This document shows, one piece after another, positions 1 to 12,406 of a DNA stretch of 64,000 bases. The notes beneath the pieces were generated by a model. That model ran no database searches, had not been told where the DNA came from, and worked only from the letters and a program-made list of their open reading frames with translations. The first letter of the stretch is position 1. Each line of letters begins with the position of its first letter. The position numbers and the translations under genes are program-made. Source of the DNA: Macrostomum lignano (taxonomy: Eukaryota); NCBI GenBank assembly GCA_002269645.1, contig NIVC01000040.1:558001-622000 (forward strand). Reading direction: 5' to 3'.

Positions 1-220
1 AACTAACTGCACTTCAGTAGACTTGAAAGTTTGCAGCGCAGCAGAAATATAAAAATGAAAAGATAAAAAAGTTCAAATGATTTAACAAAAATTAAAGATT
101 TTCTTTTACTTTTTGTTTAAAATGAAAACTGCTGATTAAACTCGCGGAGGGGGGTATTGCAGACAAATAAAAGTAAAGATTTGCTTGCTTTTAATTTTGA
201 CGAATTTTTTTCTTCTCGAT

Positions 221-1580
221 AGCTGGTTCTCATGTCTCACTCATTCACAGTCCCTGGTTCTCATGTCTCACTCATTTACTGTCCCTAGTTCTCATGTCTC
301 ACTCATTTACTGTCCCTAGTTCTCATGTCTCACTCATTCACTGTCCCTAGTTCTCATGTCTCACTCATTCACTGTCCCTAGTTCTCATGTCTCACTCATT
401 CACAGTCCCTGGTTCTCATGTCTCACTCATTTACTGTCCCTAGTTCTCATGTCTCACTCATTTACTGTCCCTAGTTCTCATGTCTCACTTATTCACAGTC
501 CCTGGTTCTCATGTCTCACTCATTTACTGTCCCTAGTTCTCATGTCTCACTCATTCACTGTCCCTAGTTCTCATGTCTCACTCTTTTACTGTCTCTAGTT
601 CTCAGGTATCACTCATTCACAGTCCCTAGGTCTTATGTCTCGCTCATTCACTGTTCCTAGTTCTCATGTCTCACTCATTCACTGTCCGTAGTTTTTATGC
701 ATCACTCATCCAATGTTCCTAGTTCTCATGTCTCACTCATTCACTGTCCCTAGTTCTCATGTCTCACTCATTCACTGTCCCTAGTTCTCATGTCTCACTT
801 ATTCACAGTCCCTGGTTCTCATGTCTCACTCTTTTACTGTCTCTAGTTCTCAGGTATCACTCATTCACAGTCCCTAGGTCTTATGTCTCGCTCATTCACT
901 GTTCCTAGTTCTCATGTCTCACTCATTCACTGTCCGTAGTTTTTATGCATCACTCATTCACTGTCCCTAGTTCTCATGTCTCACTCTTTTACTGTCTCTA
1001 GTTTTCAGGTATCACTCATTCACAGTCCCTAGGTCTTATGTCTCGCTCATTCACTGTTCCTAGTTCTCATGTCTCACTCATTCACTGTCCGTAGTTTTTA
1101 TGCATCACTCATTCACTGTCCCTAGTTCTCATGTCTCACTCTTTTACTGTCTCTAGTTTTCAGGTATCACTCATTCACAGTCCCTAGGTCTTATGTCTCG
1201 CTCATTCACTGTTCCTAGTTCTCATGTCTCACTCATTCACTGTCCGTAGTTTTTATGCATCACTCATTCACTGTCCCTAGTTCTCATGTCTTACTCTTTT
1301 ACTGTCTCTAGTTTTCAGGTATCACTCATTCACAGTCCCTAGGTCTTATGTCTCGCTCATTCACTGTTCCTAGTTCTCATGTCTCACTCATTCACTGTCC
1401 GTAGTTTTTATGCATCACTCATCCAATGTCCCTAGTTCTCATGTCTCACTCATTCACTGTCCCTAGTTCTCATGTCTCACTCATTCACTGTCTCTAGTTC
1501 TTAGGTATCACTCATTCACAGTCCCTAGGTCTTATGTCTCGCACATTCACTGTCCCTAGTTCTCATGTCACTTGCATTCA
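221..1580. repeat. 31-bp minisatellite (CTAGTTCTCATGTCTCACTCATTCACTGTCC) with 155-bp 5-mer higher-order repeat
   Basis: CTAG recurs at 316 and 347 (31 bp). The variant CAGGTATC recurs at 851, 1006, 1161 and 1316 (155-bp spacing). Confidence 0.95.
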
Positions 1581-2481
1581 CTGTCTCTTATTTACTCTTT
1601 CTGATGTGCTCAGCATCAAACGAGATTCTATGGTATACAAAATTGAGGAAAAACCACACCCCACGGTTTCTACTTATCCAGCAAGTAGTATATAAAAATA
1701 AAGAATTAGCTAAGGCTTCTTAACACCGCGCAAAAAAATTGAAATTACAAATGAACAATTAGGTAAGAAATATGAAAATAAATAAACAAACAGAATAGAA
1801 GTAGTAACCTCCTCTAACTATTAATACGAAGACTAACTTTTTTAAAGAAGTAACGCAAACTCAAAATAACTATTAATTTTTTACTCTGAGTATCTGCGTA
1901 AGCTTTTTATATATTTATATACACGGTGTATTACTGTACGTAAATTATGTTATAGAAATATAAATACCGCCAAAAATTAAGAATCAGTCAAAACTTGATT
2001 CAAGCAGTTTTACTCGTAACAAAGGTTATTATTTTTTTTGCCAAACCCTATGGAGTCAAAAAAAATATGCAAATTATATTACAATCAATTTTTTGAAATT
2101 CGCTACATCAGCTGTTTAATTTAATTTAATCCAATTTATGGATAGGCACTATGATGGGAGATTCGCCTATGCACTTTAGCGAGTGAGTTTATATGTACTT
2201 ATAGACATTCTTTTGTACTTTAAGGGTTTTTTGTGTACTTTTATGAGTGGTATGATTATTTTACCTTTATAGGGGCTACTATGATGTACTTTTATGGGTG
2301 ATTTTCTATGTACTTTAGTGAGATTTTTTGATGCACTTTAAGGAGCGATTGTCCTTTTTATTATTATCATGGAAGCTTTCCTAACATGTATAATTCTTAG
2401 AAAGGCTTCAAATAAAGTACGACTACTTTAAAGACAATTCACAATGTTTTTAGCAGAAACCTGACGAAAAAAAGTAAAAAA

Positions 2482-3898
2482 TTAACAGTCACCAGAAGAC
2501 TGAGACGAAGTCTGCAATATTGCTTTCAACTTGGCATTCTCAATTTCAAGCAGTTCCACTTGCCGCTGCATATCTTGCACTTTAGTTAACAGCTGACTTG
2601 ATTCTTCAGCTAAATGTACGTTCTGTATCTGCAATTTGCCGAAATAATCCACCGCCTTGTTTAATACGGCACTTTTTGGCAGGCAGAGCCAAGGCGCTTG
2701 CTGCTGATCAAGCTGTTGTTGCTGATACTGCTGCTGTAACTGAAGCTCCTGGTCTTGCTCTGAGTCCATTGTTAGAGCCTGCTGGCTGTCCATAGAAGCC
2801 GAGGTTGCAGCGGCTGCTGCTGCTGCGTGGCCGCTCCATTCCTGAGCTGGCATCATCTCGGCCAGCTGGTTGATCAGCGTGTTGATCTTGTCACGGCGCC
2901 GCCGCTCCACCTGTGACACAGCGGCGATTTAAAGGCCATTCTTAGAAAGGCGAATCTTACACGGACGGTTCTTAGAAAGGTTAATCCTACAGGGATGATT
3001 CTCAGAAAGGTGAATCCCACAGCGATGATTCTTAGGAAGGTGAATCCTACAGAGGCAATTCTTGGAAAGGCATATCTTTCAGGGGTGATTCTTAGAAAGG
3101 CTAATGAAATAGGAGCGATTTTCAGAAAGGTGAATCTTACAGGGGGATTCTTAGAAAGACGAATTCTACAGGGGCGATTCGTAGAAAGACGAATTCTACA
3201 GGATGATCATTTTAATTTGAGATTAGAAGACAATTATTACAGGGCAATAAAAAATGCAATTCTTACAATACTTAAGTTTCAGGCTACATCAGTTACAGGG
3301 ATTAAAGGGCCAAATGTTGATCAAAAAGGTTTCATTTAATTTGTACCTCATTATGACTTGATTTTCTACGCTTCTCCCGATCGCAGCAAGCCGACAGCTG
3401 TCCATTAGCTGCACTGCCGTTGACATTTCCAACAACAGAAGCAATGACTGGTCCGCCGCCGCCACCGCTGCTGCTGCTATTGCTATTGCTGTTGCTGCCA
3501 ACAAGTCGATCTGAATCTAACAGAAAGTTCTGCTGTTGTTGAGACGGCCTGCTACTGCCGCCACTATAAGGTCGAGGTCGCTTAACAGCATGCTGATGAT
3601 GATTGGCATCTATGGAATTCAGAGCGGCATTAGATTGCAATTGATAAGCGGCAATGTCTGAAGTAGTGGCTACAGACACAGTGGCAGCGGCAGAGCCAGC
3701 AGTGGTGGTAACGGAGCTGCTGGGCGTTACCATTATATAGATGTCACCGTTTGTACCTTGCACCAACTGGCCAGTTGTTATGCTGGCAAGGCTGCCTGCT
3801 GGGCCAATAGGCTGCGGCTGCTGCTGTTGCTGGCCAGCTGATGACGAAGCTTCCAATGCGGCTCTCCAGCTTCCATTGGTGCCAATTCCGGGCCGCAT
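2482..3898 (-). CDS. USF: USF-like bHLH-leucine zipper transcription factor, 2 coding exons (3898-3347, 2910-2482), 326 aa
   Basis: Joining at a phase-0 GT/AG intron gives DREKRRKSSHNE|VERRRRDKINTLINQLAEMMP...LPKSAVLNKAVDY followed by a heptad zipper. HNEVERRRRDKIN is the USF-type basic region. The upstream GDIYIMVTP...RPRPYS resembles the USF-specific region. Confidence 0.9.
2925..3200. repeat. ~30-bp degenerate minisatellite in USF intron
   Basis: Recurring GATTCTTAGAAAGG(C/T)GAATC(C/T)TACAGGG units; source of spurious ORF 2995..3339. Confidence 0.85.
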
Positions 3899-4044
3899 AG
3901 CGATGCAGTACTCAGAAATTTGAAGGATATTTCAGAAGGTTGACATTTTACCGAAATATAGAAAATGTAAAACGGCTGAACCTCATTCTGAAGCATCTAA
4001 AAAACTGAAACTAAAAAACTAAGTTTCTAGGATGGGCCTAATGG

Positions 4045-4500
4045 GAAAGTGAGATGAGAGCTTATAGAATATGGGAAAGTGAGATTGGAGCTTACAGAAT
4101 ATGGCAAAGTGAGATTGGAGCTTACAGAATAAGGCAAAGTGAGATTGGAGCTTACAGAATATGGCAAAGTGAGATTGGAGCTTACAGAATAAGGCAAAGT
4201 GAGATTGGAGCTTACAGAATATGGCAAAGTGAGATTGGAGCTTACAGAATAAGGCAAAGTGAGATTGGAGCTTACAGAATATGGCAAAGTGAGATTGGAG
4301 CTTACAGAATATGGCAAAGTGAGATGGGATGGGAGCTTACAGAATATGGGAATGAGAGATTGGAGCTTACAGAATATGGGAAAGTGAGATTGGAGCTTAC
4401 AGAATATGGCAAAGTGAGATTGGAGCTTACAGAATATGGCAAAGTGAGATTGGAGCTTACAGAATATGGCAAAGTGAGATTGGAGCTTACAGAATATGGG
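4045..4500. repeat. 30-bp minisatellite (GCAAAGTGAGATTGGAGCTTACAGAATATG)
   Basis: About 15 near-identical tandem units between the DNAJA 3' end and the USF 5' end. Confidence 0.95.
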
Positions 4501-4510
4501 AGTCTGAAAA

Positions 4511-4815
4511 AGTGATTATGGGTGTGGTAAAGGAGTGTGGGAAAGTGATTATGGGTGTGGTAAAGGAGTGTGGGAAAGTGATTATGGGTGTGGTAAAGGA
4601 GCGTGGGAAAGTGATTATGGGTGTGGTAAAGGAGCGTGGGAAAGTGATTATGGGTGTGGTAAAGGAGTGTGGGAAAGTGATTATGGGTGTGGTAAAGGAG
4701 CGTGGGAAAGTGATTATGGGTGTGGTAAAGGAGTGTGGGAAAGTGATTATGGGTGTGGTAAAGGAGTGTGGGAAAGTGATTATGGGTGTGGTAAAGGAGC
4801 GTGGGAAAGTTATTA
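4511..4815. repeat. 33-bp minisatellite (GTGATTATGGGTGTGGTAAAGGAGYGTGGGAAA)
   Basis: About 9 tandem units directly abutting the 30-bp array. Confidence 0.95.
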
Positions 4816-5453
4816 TAGGAAAAGCGATTAGACTGCTATTTAAAAATGCTTTGTTCTGTTACAACCAGCAAGGAAGAAAAGATGAGTCATACTATTTTAA
4901 TAATAAAGACGCATATCATGTTCTTAATTATGCGACAAGCCCAAATTATTTCATTTAGATTAAGTTGTTTTTGTTTATTTGTTTTGTTAATTCTGAATAA
5001 AATTGTGTTACAGGCAGACAGACAGCAAACTTTCCAACAGAAAGAGCTAGTGTTATTTGTTTCAAAGGCGCTATGATCATAGCGGATTAAATAATGTTAT
5101 TTAGTTGCTATGTTGCTATTCAGGTAGTGTCCTTACCTGTCCTTAACACTGCAGGTCTACAACTGCACTATAGGAGGAGTTGATAATTAACGAAGAAAAA
5201 AAATAAAAAAACGTAGGAACAGAGACTTGAAATACAATATAAAAAAGCACAAAGATTAACAGACAAGCATTAACATATAGCTTTTGAGGTGCGAGCAACT
5301 TATTTGTCTTATATATTGACTAATATAATTGTATATTGGAACAACAGTTGACACCCAAGTGAGGGAGGGACTGAGACAGCTAAAAGTTGGTTTGGGAAAA
5401 AGAACATAAATTGTTTCTTATTATTATTATTATGATTATTAAACTCGCCGAGC

Positions 5454-8400
5454 TCAGGACGAGGCACACTGCACTCGCTGACCGCCGCCAGCTCCGTCTT
5501 CATCGTCGGAGTCTGCGCCGCCGGCTGCGGCCCGCATGAAGCCGCCGCGACCGCCTGCGGGTGAGTTTAGGTTAATAGTTAATTATTAACGACTTAAAAT
5601 AGGAAATAATATGATTATTAGGAATTATAAATAGTTAAAAAACAATTTTCAAAATTAGATTGCGACACGCCGTGCATAAAAAATCTTACTTTGGAAAACA
5701 TCTCTGCATAAATTTGGATAGTATGGTTGGCTGTGCTTTTTGGGTGGTGGTCTAATGTACATTAAGAGATGGGGTTTTGGGAGTGAAGGTGGTCTAATGT
5801 ACATTGAGGGACGGGGTTTTGGGGGTGAAGGTGGTCTAATGTACATTGAGGGACGGGGTTTTGGGAGTGAAGGCGGTCGAATGTACATTGAGGGACGGGG
5901 TTTTAGGAGTGAAGGTGGTCTAATGTACATTGAGGGACGGGGTTTTGGGAGTGAAGGTGGTCTAATGTACATTGAGGGACGGGGTTTTGGGAGTGAAGGT
6001 GGTCTAATGTACATTGAGGGACGGGGTTTTAGAGTGAAGGCGGTGGAGTGTACATTGAGGGACGGGGTTTTGGGAGTGAAGGCGGTCGAATGTACATTGA
6101 GGGACGGGGTTTTAGGAGTGAAGGTGGTCTAATGTACATTGAGGGACGGGGTTTTAGGAGTGAAGGTGGTCTAATGTACATTGAGGGACGTGGTTTTGGG
6201 AGTGAAGGCGGTCGAGTGTACATTGAGGGACGAGACTTAGCGGGAAGAGATTGAATTGTAATTAGTTGAAGAACGACCGCTGCCAAATTTCTTTAGATAA
6301 AGAGGCAAAGAAGACACTGCTTTATTAATAATCAACTACTAACTAATGCTGTTCAGTAGTGCAGCGCAGAAATATATTGTCTAAAAATAATAAATCTAAT
6401 AGTCAGACAGTTGATAAGAGCAAGCTGATTAATAAGCGGCATTAATGCGTATGGTTAGGTAAGAAACTACATAAGGTATAATATAAAATCAGACAGATTT
6501 AGTTACCAAACTGGCTCCTCATTCTCTCTAAAATGTTTGAGGAGCACGGGGTATTGTGAAGAAAGAGATTTAAATTTAATATCAAAGGCGAGGGTCGAGT
6601 ACAAAATACAAAGTGCATTATGTATTATATAAACTAAAACACTAAAGCAAGTGATATAAAATTTGCACAGTTGTCTATACTCTTAGTAAATTTGTTTGCT
6701 TGGTTAGTAACAAATTATTAATTGGCTAATGTTTGCGGAGAAATTAATCGAATTTACTACCGATATGTTTTGTAAGACACTTTTACTGAACTCTCATTGG
6801 ATTTAACAGCTTGTAAAGCAATAATAAACGAACATTACAAATAATTTTATAGCCTAAACATGCCATGTACATCTGCGTTGAGACCTAATCGAAATTCGAT
6901 CTAATATACCGATATGTTGTGTAATAAACATTTTCCATTAGAAAACTTACCGTCTCTCTGCTGCCTGGCATCCATTTCAGGGTCGAATTCGGTCATGACA
7001 GTCTCCTCAGCATCGTCGGGAACGATGACTTCCTGTCCTGGCGGAAGCAGTTTGCGCAGCTGCTTCAACTCTTTCTCGCTAAGGAAACCAGTTGGCGGGA
7101 ACTCCACAGTGAAATGTATTATAAGGCGGCCCTTCTCGAACGGATTCTTATAAGTTGGCATGCCCTCGTGTTCGACAGTTTTATAGGAGCCGTGGCGAAT
7201 CACTTCGCCAGGTCGCGACTCAATTAGCAGGCTGCGCTGATCCAGGGTGCCAATGACGCGTTTGAATCCGGTCAGCGACTCGTTCAGATTGATGGTGAGC
7301 TTCAAGATGAGGTCGCGACTCCGACGAATGAAGGTCTCGTGCTCGCGCTCCTCTAGCACGATGACGATATCCCCGGGCTCGAGTTCGGGATCTTGATCGC
7401 CTTCGCCGGTGAAACGAATCTGCTGGCCATCCTTCATGCCTTTGTCGATGTTTACTTCGAGTATCTTCTTCTCGCGATTTACCTGCATTTTTTGGATGTC
7501 AAGGGGATTTTTAATCTCAGATTGTACGCCTAGCAGTAGTATATTGCAACACAAACATTACTAACCTTTCGTCCTTCGCACTTTTTGCAACGATCCTTGG
7601 CGTTGATCACTTCGCCTTGGCCCTGGCAGTTGCGGCAAACAGTCTGGATCTGCTGCACCATGCCAGGAGCCAGCTGGCGAAGGTGCACCTCCATGCCAGA
7701 GCCGCGACAGTTCGAGCAGGCCTGAACAGCGCCGGCTTTGCCGCCCCGACCTTCGCATTTGTCGCAGACGACATTCTTTTGCACGGCTAATTTCCTAGTG
7801 GCGCCGTTGTACAACTCCTCCAGGGTGACGCCTAGCTGGTGGACAACGTCTTTACCGCGTCGGGGACCGCGCGAACGGCCGCCACCGCCAAAGAACATGT
7901 CGAATATGTCCATGGGATTGTGGAAGCTGAAGCCTTCGCCCGGCGTGCCCTCCTTCAGGGCCTGAAGTTGTAGGGGTAGGGAGAGAGCATTGTGGGTGAG
8001 TGAAGTCAGCGGGTAAAATGAGCACGCGAAATTATAATTTCATGCGAAATAGCAACTTCGGCGTGCAAATGGGGGAAATCATAAGGCACTTCATATTATA
8101 GCATGGGATAAATGGAGATGGGAATGGGATCAGTGATGGCGGGGAGAGGGGAATGGGATCAATGATGATGGGAGAGGGGAATGGGATCAATGATGATGGG
8201 GAGAGGGGAATGGGATCAGTGATGGTGGGCAGAGGGGAATGGGATCAATGATGATGGGAGAGGGGAATGGGATCAGTGATGGTGGGCAGAGGGGAATGGG
8301 ATCAATGATGGTGGGGAGAGGGGAATGGGATCAATGATGGTGGGGAGAAGGGAATGGGATCAATGATGATGGGAGAGGGGAATGGGATCAATGATGATTG

Positions 8401-8848
8401 GAGAGGGGAATGGGAGATCAGTGATGGTGGGCAGAGGGGAATGGGATCAATGATGATGGGAGAGGGGAATGGGATCAATGATGGTGGGCAGAGGGGAATG
8501 GGATCAATGATGATGGGGAGAGGGGAATGGGATAAATGATTATAATGGGAGGAGCAAAAGGGGAGAGAAATGGAGAAAACGGGAAGTGGATTAAGAACAT
8601 AAAAAAGCAGAAGCTAATAACAGAAAGCAAAGTCTCACCTGCTCGCCACCCTCATCATAGATCTTCTTCTTCTTAGGATCGGAGAGCACCTCAAACGCCA
8701 TGGCAATCTCCTTGAACTTGTCGCCAGCCTCCGGATTCTTGTCTGGATGATATTTCAATGCCAATTTTCTGTAAGCCTTCTTGAGCTCCTGCTCAGAGGC
8801 GTTCGGGGTCACGCCTAGCAAATCGTAGAACTTTGTTTCCTTAACCAT
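5454..8848 (-). CDS. DNAJA: DnaJ/Hsp40 type I co-chaperone (DNAJA subfamily), 4 coding exons (8848-8639, 7961-7566, 7482-6951, 5554-5454), 412 aa
   Basis: J domain with HPD, G/F region, four CxxCxGxG-type zinc motifs ([32 protein letters not shown]) and the C-terminal client-binding domain. The last exon, absent from the ORF track in this frame, reads [33 protein letters not shown], ending in a CaaX prenylation motif. All intron phases are consistent. Confidence 0.97.
5745..6240. repeat. 42-bp minisatellite in DNAJA last intron
   Basis: GGAGTGAAGGTGGTCTAATGTACATTGAGGGACGGGGTTTTG units, about 12 copies. Confidence 0.95.
8105..8535. repeat. ~27-30-bp purine-rich minisatellite in DNAJA intron
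   Basis: GGGGAATGGGATCAATGATGATGGGAGAG-like units. Confidence 0.9.
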
Positions 8849-10499
8849 TGCTGCTGCCTTTAACTGTAAGATTAATATATAAATAAATAAATTGTAGTAT
8901 TCACGGTCTCTTTCTGCAAAGATTTGTTTAAATCACAGAGATGGAAGCTTGCAGAGATGCCTGGACTATAAGTGTAGTTAATAAAGCAAGTAGCTTTTAA
9001 GCTGAAAAATAAAGCAATTTTATGGGTAGGATAGAATTGTGATGTACTTTTGCTTCTATTTACAAAGTTTGTCATAAAATAAAGCGCAAATTAAATTTTT
9101 TCAGTTTGACTAAATTATGTTTGTTTGGTATTTAGAAAAAATATCAATAAACGACTACACACTTAAAGATTACTCAAATTCAGCAATTGATAGAATTATT
9201 ATGAAATGCTAAGAATGTGTATACTTCTAATGAAATAAAATATTTATTATTGCTTGATGGTAATAAGGCCTATTATTAGCCAAAGTGCCATTGAATCCAA
9301 ATTGTAATCAAAAGGTAAAAATAGATTTATTGACAGATAACTATATAGTAGAGGTCTGTAGATGCTTATTCGCTATTTTGGGTCTTGCTTGCCCTCACTA
9401 GGCCCTACAGATAAGTAGTTCTTTAAAGATCTACCAGGTCAGCACTAAATGGTTAGCAGTTCTATTCTTAAAGAAAGTGCATTTTAAACAAAGGCTTTAG
9501 GTTTAGAACTCTATAGACCTCTACTTTATGTTTAATTAAAGCTTTAGTGCCTTTACAAGTGCAGAATGACCAAAAAATTACCCAAAAAAGTTTACCTGAT
9601 TAAAAAAGTCTCTATGTAAACATTTTGATAGGATTTTATTTTACTAATACAGAACTATATATAATGCAGATAATATACTCAATGATATAATTTTCAAATA
9701 TATATGAGCCCCTTGTTTTGTTGTTTTTTGCTTGCATATTTATATAAAAATTAATATGCCTACAACACTTGAGATTATGCTTGGCATATACCAAAATGTG
9801 CATAGTGCATGTGCAAATATGCATTGGAAAACTTAGGTCTAAAATTTGTTAGCAATTAATAATGAGAACAGTACTAAAACACTAATATTAACTAATGATA
9901 TACATAGTTGAATATGTTGACTATCAACTAAATTAATACATGCGCAACTGCCTTGATTTACATCATAGGTACTAGAATAACTAGATGGGCCACTTAGCAA
10001 ATTTGCATATAAACTACTTTCAGTTCAGTAGTAAATGAAACAAAGCATTTTAATATACTCTTAAATTCAAGGCTCATCTAGCCAAAACCTTCCAACTGCT
10101 ACTTTTATACTACTCCCCACCCCAATTTTTATTGCTTTTCTTAGAATTCTAGCCTAAAGCTGCCATGTACATTTCAGTTGCTGGCTAATATACATTAGTG
10201 CTAAACCAATTAATAAGTTATTTAAACCTGCAAGCTTGGGCTTCTAAACTTATTAAAGTCATTTCAGTTGCCTTTTTATATTAGGAGAGACAACTTATAG
10301 AAGTTGGTCATAGTTTATCCTATTATAATTGATAAAATCAGATAAATAGCACATGATTAAACTACTTATTAGCTGATAAGGCAACTAACTCAGTCATAGT
10401 TATTCCTATTTACCTGTTTGCCCTCTAGATTAATGATGGTTTATACACAAAGTGTATGATGCTTGGTGCACATCTATAGACTTTGAGAATTTATTCCAA

Positions 10500-10800
10500 T
10501 CCACCTTTACTAAATTCTAAGATTTGTCTATCTAGATGTAATGGTCTACAGATTGCAATCCACCTTTACTAAATGTCTAAGATTTGTCTGTCCAGATGTA
10601 ATGGTCTACATCTATCCACCTTTGATAAATGTCTAAGATTTGTCTCTCCAGATGTAATGGTCTACATCCATCCACCTTTATTAAATGTCTAAGATTTGTC
10701 TGTCCAGATATAATGGTCTATATCCACCTTTACTAAATGTCTAAGATTTGTCTGTCTAGATGTAATGGTCTACAGATTGCAATTCTTGACCAATTTTTGC
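10500..10800. repeat. ~60-70-bp tandem repeat in putative DNAJA 5'UTR intron
   Basis: TCCACCTTTACTAAATGTCTAAGATTTGTCTGTCCAGATGTAATGGTCTACA, about 5 copies. Confidence 0.85.
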
Positions 10801-12299
10801 CGTTTCTTTGCCAAAAAAAAGATGTCAAATGTGCATGGGATGGTATATATATTTTTATTAAGCTCAAGCTCATTGCTAAAGGGATTAAACATTCAAAAAA
10901 CTGTTTTAAATAGGCTTTTTAATTCAAATTATATTAGCCTGTGCGCAGTGAAAAACTTCACAGCCAATTTTAATGATTGCACCAGTGCCAACTGATAGGA
11001 AAACTCTATTTAACTTGAATTGAAACTCTAATTGACATTGTGCCATAACTTTTCTCTCTCCACTATGTAAGTTTCAATATTGGCTGCAATGTGCAAAGGA
11101 GAGAAAAAAAATGCTCAGTGGCTGCGTATGTATATTCTGATCTTGGCTGACTGGCTGACTGCATAGACAATTGCTATTTATGGATTTCACTTAACTGTGC
11201 ATTGGCTCTGCCTGCGCACTGAGCAGCCTTTCACTGCTATGTATTTGACTGTAGTGCCAAAGCTTATATGGCTGATTTTCTTGCCTTTCTATCAATAGGT
11301 GGAGTAGCCGCATGTAGGCACTAGGTTTAGGCTAGGCGTAAGGTCCTAGGTTTGACTTTGAAACAACCTTGCTGCAAACAATTAAATTTTAATTAATTAA
11401 TTTTTATTTGTAACTTATATATCAGCGAATTGGGACATCTTTTGATTAATAGCAATTGAAGCATTTTTTATTAAATAGCAATTAATTATTTTTGCTAATC
11501 GGAACAAGCCTAGCAAATTTGATTTGTAAAACTACTTTGAGTGTTGCTAATCTCATCAATGGGTGTTTCCTAGCTCCATTTAAAGTATGAAATTGCTAAA
11601 CTACAGACAATGCTGCTAAACTGCTAAAGGCATTGCTAAATTGCTAAAAAAGCCATCAATATACCAGCAAATAAAACACTAGGCCTACTAACTATGCATT
11701 AAATAATGCATTATTTGTTTTTAATTTGGCACTTCACAATATTCTTACACTTTCTATAGGGGGGCCTATTGAACTATTCTCAAATGCCAGGCCCATTCTT
11801 CAAAGTTTGAGAATTTCTTGAAATGACTGAAAAAGGCTAAGTCTCAAAATTTTGGAATTGAGATTGAGATCTCAGTCAGACTTCACTATGCTTGCAGTTT
11901 TAAAATTCATTGAAACTGTTCAGGCAGGGTCAGGGATTTGTCATCACAACATCAGAGATAAAATTAGCCTAGCACTAGGAGTTTTGTTAAAAATTGTTAA
12001 GCCCCCCCACACACTACACATTAAATAAAGTACACTGCACATGGTGTGCATTATTATTTTAATGGGTAATTTTTTGTCCATCTGCACTTGACTTGTGTAG
12101 AAGCGTCGGGATGCTGAATAACTTTTTAGTGTGTTCAACAACGCACTTCAGTTCAAGTCTAAAAAATAGCAAATAGGCCTATGCTTTGTAATTGTATCAT
12201 GGCTATTTTACTATTTACAATAAAGATTGAGGTAGGATTTGAGTCAAGAAAACTTCCGATAAAAATAAGCAAATACAATAAAAAACAATTGACACTTAC

Positions 12300-12390
12300 C
12301 TTACTGGACAGAGACGTTGAAAGACGTGTTTAGCCCAAGCCCACAAGAGTAATTAGGAAAGTGAAAAAGTAAATAAATGAGGCCGTTTGT
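12300..12390 (-). other. Putative non-coding 5'UTR exon of DNAJA
   Basis: Strong donor AAG|GTAAGT at 12300/12299. A matching acceptor TTACAG| lies at 8864, 15 nt before the ATG, and the heat-shock element is immediately upstream. The 5' boundary is unknown. Confidence 0.55.
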
Positions 12391-12391
12391 C

Positions 12392-12406
12392 CTTCTAGAA
12401 ATTTCT
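12392..12406. promoter_or_regulatory. Heat shock element (three inverted nGAAn units) in DNAJA promoter
   Basis: cTTCtaGAAatTTCt is a perfect TTCnnGAAnnTTC. A 2-unit TTCtaGAA also occurs at 12727-12734. Confidence 0.75.

Noticed and set aside
6901-6950. DNAJA ending ...[15 protein letters not shown] as given in the ORF track
   Set aside because: This is read-through of a GTAAGT donor. The spliced end gives the family-typical CaaX motif.
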